From the NCBI GenBank assembly GCA_002104905.1, contig MCFE01000401.1:17304-81303 (forward strand): a DNA stretch of 64,000 bases, in the 5' to 3' direction. A program made the translations under genes and the position numbers. Origin of the DNA: Basidiobolus meristosporus CBS 931.73. Lineage: Eukaryota; Fungi; Basidiobolomycota. Positions 51,991 to 63,679 of this stretch are shown here, piece by piece. The notes under the pieces are model-generated. The model did not search any database and was not told the DNA's origin. It saw only the letters and a list, made by a program, of their open reading frames with translations. Within the stretch, counting starts at the first letter, position 1. Each line of letters begins with the position of its first letter.

Positions 51991-54900
51991 TGTTGTAAGA
52001 GTCCTGGAGATATTGGGAGTGATTTGGAGAACAAGTAGATTATGTGGTTTTCACTTAATGATTTACTGAATGTAAAAGTAGTATTTATACTTTTACCTGG
52101 TCTTGGCATTACAAACACGTAGAATAGGTTAAGGAAGGTCTCAAAAACATGTGTGCAAAGTTTGGGGCTGTTTGGACAACTTTGAGAATTTGCATGTTCT
52201 GGGTACCTGGTATTTTGGTGAAAATATTCTAAGTAAATCCTGACAAGGAACTTGGTCAGTATTCTATAGGATTTGAAGGTAATGATCTAAGTGACTAAGT
52301 TAGGTGAATATTTAGGTGGAAATACAAATTTTTACAACACTCCCACTCAGCTAAATGTTCATACTGACTAGTCCTAATTTTGACCTAAGATATTCAAGCT
52401 TGTCTCTAGCTAATGGTTTGGTGAATATGTCTGCAATCATTTCATCTGTAGGACAGTAAACTAAGCTAACTAAGCTATTCTCTATAGCTTCACGTATGAA
52501 ATGATGTCTAATATCTATATGCTTGGTTCTAGCATGAAAAGTTGGATTTCTACCTAATTGTATATATCCTTGATTATCTTGAAATAAAGTAATAGGCATT
52601 TTTTGACATAGGCCTAAATCTGTAAACAGCTTTCTTAACCACATTGCTTCTTTTGTAGCTTCACAGGCTGCCATATACTCTGCCTCTGTGGTGGAAAGTG
52701 CTACAGTTGGTTGCTTTCTTTAATTCCATGATATTGCTCCTTTGCAGTAAAGAAAGGTGTATCCTGTGGTGGATCTTCTGTCTTCTAAATTTTGTCCCCA
52801 ATCAGCATCAGAGTATCCCACAAGATCCTGTTCTGAATCCTTATAAGTATATCTTAAGCAGATATCAGCAGTTCCTTTTAGGTATCTAAAAATCCGCTTA
52901 ACTGCTGCAATATGAACAGATTCATAGTACTGATTATGTTGGCTGACAACTCCCACTGAATATGAGATATCTAGACGTGTTCCAAGCATGATATACATCA
53001 GACTGCCAACCATAGATTGATAAGGAAAGTCAGGGCTTTCAGATGGCACCAAGCTCTCTTGATTTGGTTGAGTTTTGACCAAGTTAAGGTTTGTCTCCAT
53101 TGGGGTAGCTGCCAGTTTACAGTCTTCCATTTTGTACTTCTTTAGTATATCTTGAATATACTTGGATTGACTTAGGGTGATAGTCTGGGTACTTCTGTCT
53201 ATGGAGAACTTAATCCCTAAGTAGTAACTAAGTTCTCCTAGATTGGACATCTTGAACTCCTTTGATAGGCTGGATTTAGTCTCTTCCAATGTTTCTAGGT
53301 TATTGGTGGCTATAATAAGACCATCCGCATATAGAGCTAATAGAACTGGATTTGCTCTATCTGACTTATAGTATATACTATAGTCAGCATTACTTCTTTT
53401 GAAACTCAAAGATTCCAAATAAGAATCTATCTTCCAATTCCAGGCTCTTGGTGATTGTTTGAGACCATATAGTGACTTTTTAAGCTTGCAGACCAAATGG
53501 GGGCTATCTTGGTCAACAAACCCATCAGGCTGGTCCATATACATGTCCTCATCAAGTTCTCCATTCAAAGATGCAGTTTTTACATCCATTTGATGAATAA
53601 AAAACTTATATTTTGCTGCAATTGCCAAAATTAATCTGATGGAATTAAACTTGGCTACCCATGCAATGGTCTCAGTATAGTCAAGTCCTTTTGTTTGAGA
53701 GTATCCTTTGGCTACAAGTCTTGCTTTGTATCTCTTAATTGTACCATCAGCCTTGTATTTTGTCTTGAAGACCCATCTGCATCCAATTGGTTTTGGTTGA
53801 TTGGTAATTTGACTAAGTCCCAAGTTTGATTTTCCATCAGGGCCTGATATTCCTCAGTCATTGCAGATCTCCAAAACTTTGTCTGAGGGCTATTTAAGGC
53901 CTCTTTTACAGTCTGGGGCTCATCAATATGGACTGAATAGGCATAGGCTAAGTTTGTACCCTCATTGATATAGTAATTAGGGCTATTTCTTGTCCAATTG
54001 GATCTCCAGGCATTTGATACTGGAATGATCACTTCTGGGATATTCCTGGGCACTGATTCTGGCTGAACCATGGTTGTAGAGTCCTCTGGAGTGAAAAAAT
54101 TTTCATTGTTGTGCTCTGATTCAATCCTGACAATTGGTGGACTTGAGATCAAATTTTTGTCATCATCTGATGTCATTTTTTGTGAAAATTTTGAATTTTC
54201 ATCAAACAACTCATCCCTGGACTTGATCAGCTTCTTTGCTTTGGTATTGTAGAGTCTGTATGTCTTACTCTCATTGCAGTAGCCCAAAAATATGCATTTT
54301 ACACTTTTTGGCTCAAATTTTGACTGATTTCCGGCCAGTTTTTTGGCATATGCTGTACACCCAAATATTCTTAGATGTTCTGCACTTGGTCTGTATCCAT
54401 ACCATGCTTCAAATGGAGTAGAATCATAAAGTATTCTGTTATAACTCCTACTTTTAAGATATACAGCAGTTGCAACAGATTCCACCTAAAAATCATAGGA
54501 TAATTTTTGATCATGGATCATAGATCTTGCCATATCAATTATTGATCTGTTAGCTTGTTCTGCTACTCCATTTTGCTGTGGGGAATATGGTACAGTAGTC
54601 TCTTGCTTTATCCCATGAACTTTGCAGAAGTGGATGAAGAGTTTTGAGGTATATTCTCCACCATTGTCAGAGCGTATTTTCTTGATTTTTTCACCAGTTT
54701 CTCTCTCCACCATGGCTTTAAACTCCCTGAGCTTAGACAGAGCTTCTTCCTTTCTCTCCATGAAGTAGACCCATGTGTATCTTGTATGATCATCAATAAA
54801 GGTGATTAAATACTTCATTCCAACCAAGGATAAATTTTGCATAGGTCCACACAGATCTGAGTGAATTAGATCTAATTTTTTCTTAGTTTTGATTAACCCA

Positions 54901-56674
54901 GTGCTCTTTGACAGTTGTCTGGCTTGTTTCCCATATATGTAGGCTTCACAGTGCTCCAAATCAGCTGGGAGATCAATTTTCACTCCAGAAATTAGCTGAC
55001 CTTTGACCATTTTACGCAAATAATCAAGATTGATGTGTCCAAATCTCCTGTGCCAAAACATTGGTGTTTCTTCATTTAAGTTACTTATATTGGCCTCCAA
55101 ATATGATGGAGTATAAGTCAACTTGTATAGATTCTGATCTCTGATGCCCAAAGCAATATGCGCACCATTTTGATCAGTGATTCTGCATCCAGAATTGTCA
55201 AAACTGAAACTGAGTCCTTCTGCTGTAGCCTTGCTTACAGAGAGTAGGTTCTTTGCTATTTCTGGTACATAGAGTACTTCTTTAAAGGTCAGTATATGTC
55301 TTCCTTCATTGCTTCTTAGGTTTACTTGGATAGTTCCTTCTCCCACTGCATCAAGTGTTCTATCATCACCCATGAAAACCTTCCTAATTGGAATTTCTTG
55401 ATATTGGGTAAAAAGTTCTTTTTGGTGTGTAAAGTGTTGAGAAGCTCCAGAGTCAGTATACCACATCTGAAAATCCTTGTTTGTGGTCATATTTTATGCA
55501 GATATGAATAGTCTATCTTCAGTTGTTGCAGCATTTCCATATTCAGGCTTCTTTTGCTGATAATCTCTCTTTTTGAGACACTGGTCTGATGTGTGTCCTT
55601 TCCTTTTGCAGTAGTTGCAAAATAGGTTGCTGTTGCCTTTGTAGGGTCTTGGGTACCTCCTTTGTTGGCTATCATTGCTTATTAAAGCATTTTCTTCATC
55701 CTTCTTATTGGCGCTTGATTTTCTTAATTCTTCATCCAGGAGCCTTCCATATACGTAATTTAAGGTCAAATCTTCAGTTCTGGACTCTAGGGCTGATACA
55801 AAGCCCTGAAACTTGTCTTTCAGGCTATTCATGATGGTAACTATCACATCCTCATCAGTAGTTGGTATGCCCACAGATTCCATCTCATCTACCAGCAGGG
55901 TAATTCTGTTAATTAGATTTTTCATTTATTCTCCTGGCAGCATCTTTGTAGTAAAGAATTTTTGTCTCAGATACATTTTCTTGGCAGCTGAACATGACCG
56001 GTAGGTGTCTTCTAATGCTTTCCAGGCATTCTTTGCTGTTTTTGCTCTTGAGCATTGAATTAGCAATTTGTCCTTGACATTAAGGCAAATGCAGTTAAAG
56101 GCACTTTGTTCTTTCTTCTGGTACTTTAAGGCTTCCTCTCCCACGTTTTTAGGAGGGCATTCTTCTCCCATGACAATATCCCAAAGGCCTCTTTCTTGTA
56201 TAAGCATCTTCATCTTCACCTTCCACACTTGGTAGTTAGTTCCATCCAACTTTTCAGTGGAGGGAAAAATTCCAGTAATAGCAGTAGTAGACATTGCAGA
56301 GAGTGACAGCTTGGGGCTCATAACCTGTTGTAAGAGTCTTGGAGATATTGGAAGTGATTTGGAGAACAAGTAGATTATGTGGTTTTCACTTAATGATTTA
56401 TTGAATGTAAAAGTAGTATTTATACTTTTACCTGGTCTTGGCATTACAAACACATAGATTGGGTTAAGGAAGGTCCCAAGAACATGTGTGCAAAGCTTGG
56501 GGCTGTTTGGACAACTTTGAGAATTTCCATGTTCTGGGTACCTGGTATTTTGGTGAAAATATTCCAAGTAAATCCTGACAAGGAATTTGGTCAGTATTCT
56601 CTAGGATTTGAAGGTAATGATCTAAGTGACTAAGTTAGGTGAATATTTAGGTGGAAATACGAATTTTTACAACA
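51991..56674 (-). mobile_element. Copia-2 copy #3, the least decayed copy
   Basis: LTRs 51991-52339 and 56326-56674, TSD GAAGG, PBS 56314-56325; intact RSDNGGEY integrase motif; stops in gag, integrase and RNase H. Confidence 0.97.
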
Positions 56675-57866
56675 GAAGGGACCAGAGACAATTTTGCTTA
56701 GCCTTTGCCAAAAGCAAACCTTACAGAAATTGGATGAACATCCCAACTAACTTACATGAATGATTAGTGGAATGGGAGTGTTGCATGAAACAACAATGAC
56801 CCCTATTTACTCTGATATATATATAAAGAAGTATGACCTTGATGCTTCTCCAAGCCAATGAAAATCCACCAGGTACTTCCCCCCCCCTGCCCCATTAGAA
56901 TCTAGTGGTGGCGATTTATGCTAAACCTTGGGACAAACCTTGTAGGGTTAAGCAGTCAATCTGGTGAAGCTTGGACGAATCATCAGTTTGGGGAGTGTAT
57001 AGAAGATCATGAGGTTGGGGCCAAATTATGTGATATGGGATGGGCCTTAGAGAGGTGGACTTAGGGGCAGTGATTGATAATGCCTGTATCAGCAGGGACA
57101 CAGAAATGCCCCTGATCCCGACCAAACAATGAAATGGCTGACTGTTGGTTCAATCGGATTTGGCCACCGGTCTGGCCGTCCATCTGCTTTCCGCGACCAC
57201 TGGTTCAGGTTGGATGGTTCGGTAGTGACAGCGCCACGACGATCCAACGGTCAGAGTACAAGGTATGGATGAAAATCTCTTGTCAGGTATCCACTTGCAG
57301 TAGATCTCAGACCCTTGCAAGTGGAGTCAAGAATTCGCAATGTTATCCCGTCCTCAAGCACCCAAGACCTGTCGGCCAGCATATGGGGCTATGGTGTGGG
57401 AGCCGAATGGTCTGGATATCCGGGACCTCATCAACTTCACCATCCCCCAGCGCACTTGGAATATTCGCAGTGCAGGATGGGTGCCAATCCCAAGCATTGG
57501 TCATACATCACGATAAATGTCGCGAAACGAAATCCGGAGATCCGCCGTCCCCCACTAGCCACGATCTCCGGGGGATCCCACCCATATGCGGTAACAACAT
57601 CTCATGCGGTTTATTTATGAAACGAATCTTGGTTAGGGCCCAGATTTACATCAGGTTGAGGAAGTGGTGTGGTCGTTCGATACCAAACAACCTCACATCC
57701 ATCGAGGGTGATAACTGGGTGGTGGTTAGGGATAGCCACGATAGGCTATGGCCAGGGAGGGGGCGAGCTCCTCCTTGGTGGGGCTATTTCCAATCTCTGT
57801 GTATTGTACTTCATATGCCACAGGGGTTCTCTTGTGAGAGATCAAGTCGACGGGCAGCCACACAGC

Positions 57867-59400
57867 TCATGCTGTGACGGCTACCCGCTCTGACGGAGTA
57901 TCGTTGGAATAGACAGGGACTGCCTCTTCCCTGGGAAGCTGGGGGAATACCTTGTTCATTAGCGACTCCATCTCCCGTTCGGTGGTCCTCACCATTGGCA
58001 CGCATTCGCCCAGGTTGCCCTTCTTGTCGAGGTACAGGTAGGACTCCGTGCCGTGACCTTCCATGGAAACTATCTCCAGATCACCGCCGAAGTAGCGGGA
58101 TATGATCCGGGTCATGGGCAGACCACGGATTTTTTCCGGATGGAGCAACGAGTTGTTCAGGTGACTCCAGATGTTCCCTACCTTGGACATGGGGATGCCG
58201 CCACCCAAATCGCTGACTCTAAAGCAAACATCCTCCTTGCCTTCGGTGATCCGAACTTGCAGAGTCGGCATGCTCCTGGGCGAAGCGCCAGTTGCCTTGG
58301 AATGCTCGATGACCGAACTGATGGAATGCTTCATCACCTGGAACAGGCTATCTGGGAGATAATTGTCCGCGGCCAGGACGGACAAGTCCGGATTCTTGGT
58401 GATCAGCTCCACTTTGGGGGAATCGCAACTGTAAGGAATGGGTCAGTTTGGGCCAGAAGTCAAGTTCGATGAACGCGGCGCATTACCAATAGTACTGGCT
58501 ACACCAGTATCTGGCTCTCTCAATCGCCTGTTCGGCAGCGGCGTGTGGGGAGATCTCGTTGATTACTGGCTGGAATCCGTCTAGCTGATGGAGACTTTGT
58601 CCTACAAATCAACGAACCGTCAGCAGGGCCACTTTGGGAAGGATCCCTAGGATGCCGCTTACCAATCAAGAAGCCGGTGCCATAATTCAAGGACAAATAG
58701 TTCGTCAGGAAATGGTCCATTTGTTCTCGGATAAATTCCTGATCACGGTTACATCTCCGTTTCTGCTCTGACATCATATGATTTAAACAATCACGCAATG
58801 ATGTTAGGCTTTGTAACTGTCTGGATTGTAACACTCTTAGGGCCGAAGCGAATCGTGCTAGATGCTGGGGTTCGGCCGGGACAGCGAGAGAGGTGAGAGC
58901 ACTGCAAGCGCAACTGTGTGAGTGGTGGGAAGTCCAGAGAGACCATCCTGTCGCTTGTTACCTGATATCTTCCAGCAGATCAAGAGTGATGTTCTGGATC
59001 TTGGCGTTTACTTGGGGGTCCATTGGCTCAAAGGGAAGGCGGGTGTTGAGCAACTTGATCTCTTGGCAAAGGCGTTTGGGGAGCTCTGAGTGAAGGAACT
59101 CCATAGGAGCAAGGAACTTCTCTTTCTCAGGTGCCTCAGTCACATCACTTAATCATCGTTAGTCGCTGGTTAGGCTACATAGTATGGGGAGAGTAAATAC
59201 CGGCAGAACAAAGAAAGCATTAATGAACTGGCAGGTGTTTGGCGCTCCATGGCGTACATCTGCTGCAACTGTGGCATTGCAATATCGGTTATGATTTGGT
59301 GAACAGAGGAGCTGGACTACGGAACACTTACCGAAGTACGGCTCAAGGGAGCAGTTACCAATCGAGCAAAAACGTCCTTGTTCAATGCTCTCAAACACAT
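57867..59400 (-). CDS. Mitochondrial PDK/BCKDK-family (GHKL) protein, 412 aa, catalytic residues substituted
   Basis: Exons 59400-59332, 59268-59201, 59147-58901 region split as 59147-58962 and 58901-58663, 58601-58487, 58428-57867 (sum 1239 nt, GT-AG introns, phases compatible, no internal stop); FLHSELPKRL, VSDLGGGIP, GLPMTR...YFGGDL...SMEGHGT; Arg-rich N-terminus resembles a presequence. Confidence 0.88.
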
Positions 59401-60721
59401 GGTGGGGTTCATTTTAGGAGGAGGTGAAGGTAAACAAGCGAAGTTTGGAATTGTAAGGAAGCAATCTGAGTTTCATCAAGCCTCAAGACAGCTTGGCCTA
59501 TATATAGGGCAAACAGACGGTGTACCTATTGTAATATACCGATCCTATGAGATCCGGTATGTGCCAACCCCAAATGCGATCTCACACTTCCCACTTATTT
59601 GTAAACTGCAGCCATTCCCCTTTCCACCACCCCCCCTCTGTCTTGGAAGTGGTTTTGATTTACCCGGATCGACTGGCTCCAAGGGATATAACCTGCAGCC
59701 CAATTCCTCATCAAGTGTTGGATTAATAATGGAGCCATGCCGCCGGCTTCCATAGATTGGGGATCAATATGAAAGCGGCGGATAGGCGATAATGGCTTTC
59801 ACACGCTTCGGCAAAAATTCCATTGCAATGCAGTGGGATTTGATAGCTAGATCGCGATAGAAATTACTATAAACTGTTAGAGAAGCAAGTGCATTGTACC
59901 TTGCGCATATTTTAAACTATTACCATTAGAGGGTACTCGTTTGATTTTCCCTCCAGAATTCCCTTTAGAGGCAACCACCGAAGGTTGCTCTACTGAAGCA
60001 TTCGTGACACAGCGATGGACACGTAGGGAGACAGCTTACCGATCACGTAACCCACCCCGCAAGCCCTCCAGCGCAAGCAGACTTGATTGTTGTCTTCTCA
60101 ATGGAAGTATGGACAATGCATTTCTATTTCTACGAATAATTCACTACCGGTGCTTGCCTGGCTCATCCCACCAATGACTCACAGTGAGTGCAGTTGGTAT
60201 GACATTACGATCCTCTGCCATTGCAGTTGAATTACGTGGACTCGAGCAACCTGGTTGCGATGGCGAGCCCATGTTTTAAAATGCGATCAAAAGAAATATA
60301 CAGCCCGTGGGATCATGTGATGCCCGGCACTTTTCTACCTCATATAACCTATTTATGGCATATGCATTGGTTCATGGTCACGACACGTTGGAATAGCGAA
60401 AAGGAGTGCTTGCCGACAGAATACAGCACTTCTCCCTAGCTGGCGGGACATGGGCACTGCCATTGTTTCGCAGCCTGTGTGCTATTATGACCCTTGATTA
60501 TCATGGGGGAAGAATTTTACTTGATACTTAAGAATCTCATTGTATGCTTGTATTACTCACTGACCAAGTAATTAGAACAACGTAAACAAATAAATCACAG
60601 ATAGAAGTGTGCTCAAGCTGCCATCAGATGCTGAAGAAGACAGATATTAAGAAACTACGAGTTTGTTCTTGTGCTCTCCGGCCTGCTGACTGCTTAGTGG
60701 GACTCTAACATCTAATTCCAC

Positions 60722-62142
60722 TTACTCCTCAACACCCGACGAAGACTCTTCGGTACGTTTCGAAGCTTCTTCATGAAAGGGCTCTTGGGGCGGCGCATTG
60801 TTTCCTAGGCTGTCTGCGGTGTCGGGATTGGGATAACGAGAACTGCTGGCAACCCTCTGAGCAATCCAGTCGAACCACTCTTCCTCGGACTTCCCGTTGA
60901 GGATTCCGATAATCATGATGGTCATGTTGTCGCAGCCAATGCCCCCAAGCTCACAGTTAGGTGCTAGGCATTTGTTCATTATATTCTCGCAGATTTGCTC
61001 GAGTGAGTTCTTGCCGGCAATCTCCAGACGAATGTAGTCTATCACTTCCTGAGAAGTCATGCAGTCCCAGATACCATCACAAGCGATGACGATGAACTCA
61101 TCCTCGCTCGTGATCGAATGCTCAGTGATGTCGGGGTCAGCTACATGCAATCTGGATTAGATCCGATGGGTGTGGCTGCAGAGACAACAACCCAAGGCTT
61201 ACCTGTGACCGCTTGCTCTTCAGCCGATAGCTTGCTGTTTTGTTTGAACTCAAAATCCCCGATAGCCCGGGACAAGGCTAGATTACCGTTGACACGTCCG
61301 AATTCCACAAATCCACCAGCATTGATGATACGCGCAGATTCCCCTAGGTGATACTTGGAATTAATTGCGACTGCGGCGATCCGGTCGGTCAACTACCACT
61401 TACCTTGATTGGTAGGTTTGTGATCAAATGACAATGCTTTGGCTTCTCCATTTATGCTCATGACAGCACGAGAATCACCGGCGTTACCCTACAAAGCAAT
61501 AAGCGTTTACTCGCTGAAGGGTGCACGTCGGGAGGTGGGAAACCATACCACATATATCTTGTTATCGGGGGAGATGGTAGCAGACACCGCCGTACATCCA
61601 GATGGATCATGCAGGAACTCTACATCTGGAACCGGTGTAAGTCACTATCGCTATCCGGAAGAGGCGGGACCATTACCTTTTCTTAGGTCCTCGTCGATGT
61701 CGAGATACCCGTGCTTTATCGCCAGCTTGTAATCCCCATTTTGGAATCCATTTTCTGCGATCTTTTTGTGCAGATTCTTTCCGCAGTACTTTGCCGCGCT
61801 TTGACCTTTGACGAAAGTTACAGCAAGTTAGCCTTTCGAGCTGGCCAACCGGGCTAAACAGGTTCATTAACGTACCACCATGGCCATCGAACACCGCAAA
61901 GAAGCTGACGTCAGGATGGGCATCGAGACTTAGCAAGCAAGAATGTGCATCTTCCATGGCTGGGTAACGGGAGGAAATAGAGTTAAAGGAAAATGGATCG
62001 AGCTACAGCCAATGCGCAAAAGAGCCACCAAAAGGATACTTATACGCCAACCCTGCATAGAAGAGGAGCCGTAGATGAATCTGGAGTTTCCTCCGCGGTC
62101 GGATTCTTTTCCGGTGATTGGTTCGGATAAGGTCTGTCCCAT
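60722..62142 (-). CDS. PTC2: Protein phosphatase 2C, Ptc2/Ptc3 type, 345 aa
   Basis: Exons 62142-62040, 61959-61876, 61805-61677, 61625-61549, 61488-61404, 61343-61203, 61140-60722 (sum 1038 nt); MGQTLSEP start, [57 protein letters not shown]2 versus PTC3 cannot be separated. Confidence 0.95.
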
Positions 62143-62522
62143 GTTTTCGTTATGGCTTGGGTAGAATGGTTTTGTGAATGCTTTTGGGGCTACGTAAAGT
62201 GGCTTTCACTCTTTGGTGGGCAATGCGAAGACAAACGAACGTTTGGATTGGTTAGCAAGGTTCCTCTTGATGGTTTAGCAAAGTGCTGGTTACTGCTTTT
62301 GTTTCGTTGAAGAGAGAGTTCCTACTTGAGATTCTTGAATCTAAGGAAAGATGAGTCCTCGTGAAATGGACTATAATACACGAGGGAGAAGAGATAAATT
62401 GGAGAAAATTCAGGTAGCAAGAACTTCACGGCACGTATTTTAGTCATGGACATTACTGGCACAGATGGCCTATTTCGATCCGTGACGTTAATCAAATGAC
62501 GATTATTACTGATTGAGAAATT

Positions 62523-62554
62523 TTAGGGGAGAGGGGTTAGAACCCTAACCCTAG
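62523..62554. promoter_or_regulatory. Telomere-repeat-like motifs upstream of the PP2C gene
   Basis: TTAGGG, GGGTTAG and AACCCTAACCCTAG within 32 bp, ~400 bp upstream of the ATG; function inferred only. Confidence 0.3.
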
Positions 62555-63679
62555 TCCTGGCCATTTCCTCTTCTTTTCTTCCTAAAAACCCATTACAAAT
62601 CATTTTCGCCTGTTCTGAAATCAACTGTTGCGGTAATGTATCGTCGATGACAAAAGCTTTGGTCACGAGCCATGTCATGATCACACGTGACGTGGTCTTA
62701 TGCTTGTCTATATCTAGTAAATAACCCAGCAAAGTAAACACGCATTTGGCCAATTTCACCACATCATTGGTCCATACAATCAAAGTGTAGATACTAGTGC
62801 TAGAATTCTAATTTAATGAGCCTTGGCCAATTGCAGGTTCTACGAATACGATGGATTACATGTTTGAGGATCTAACCGCATGGTTTGCGCCTAGCGTTCC
62901 ACTGGAATATCGCCAGCTTTGGGGTAAATACTCGGGTTGATGCACTAGAGGTTTGGTGGAGTAGCTGCTAATATCCAGCTTACAGTTGAGAATGCGGCAA
63001 GATCCAAGCGAGCTACAAGGAGCGGAGCGTAGAATATCTGTTCAGTCAAACAGCTGAAGATTCCCACATCGAGGAGTAAATCCATTTGAGTCATTCCGTA
63101 ATACGCACCACCTTGAATTTAACTTCTCTCCAGCTTACTTCGTCAGGGGGGCAGATTGGTCTTCAGTGCCGACTGGATACTACGCTCGATAAAAGTTGGT
63201 TATCGGCTCAAACTCGGCCAAATTCCTTTTGTTCGAAGGTATAAACCCGTGTGGTCTTTGAACGATTTGTATTAACTACTGACGCATAGATTCACTATCG
63301 AGCCAGCAAACCACTGAACAGCAGAGTGAACCTTTGAGGGAACACGTAACGGTTGAAGCGGCGCAGTTTCGCATCTCTGCCCGGTCCGACTCGGAGTAAA
63401 CAGCTGGCAAGCACGCCAACTCGATCCAAACGGGCGCAACAGGATAATACAAGGCGATATAAATAAAGCATGGGTCAGGCCAAGTTAAAGCTCGGGTATA
63501 GAACAAATTCAGGCCGCCCATGGTCAACAGTAACGACGAGTGTTTGAGGTGTCCAGAAAGATGAGATTTTATTTGTTGTAGATAAGGGGCTTGGGGAGGA
63601 GATGAGATGAGCGCCGTGTATTTGAATAAAGGGAGGGTGGGGTGTGATGGTCAGAGGGGTCCTTCAGAGACTAGCTTAG

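Noticed and set aside
55926-56567. Long frame running from the Copia-2 LTR into gag (MEYFHQ...), also at 45539
   Set aside because: Starts at TTG and upstream of the LTR TATA-like AGTATAAATA, so probably not on the transcript; other LTR copies break the frame.
1-57040. Classical RIP
   Set aside because: CpA is not depleted and the DNA is not TpA-saturated; the loss is CpG-specific.
57134-57877. 247-aa plus-strand ORF
   Set aside because: No recognisable motif, Trp/Ser-rich non-coding-like composition, overlaps the likely 3' UTR and AATAAA of the PDK-like gene; not excluded without RNA data.
59401-63600. Short intergenic ORFs (59378, 59941, 60221, 62523, 63276) and possible RNA genes
   Set aside because: No recognisable domains or splice-consistent models; I saw no tRNA, rRNA or CRISPR-like pattern anywhere in the window.
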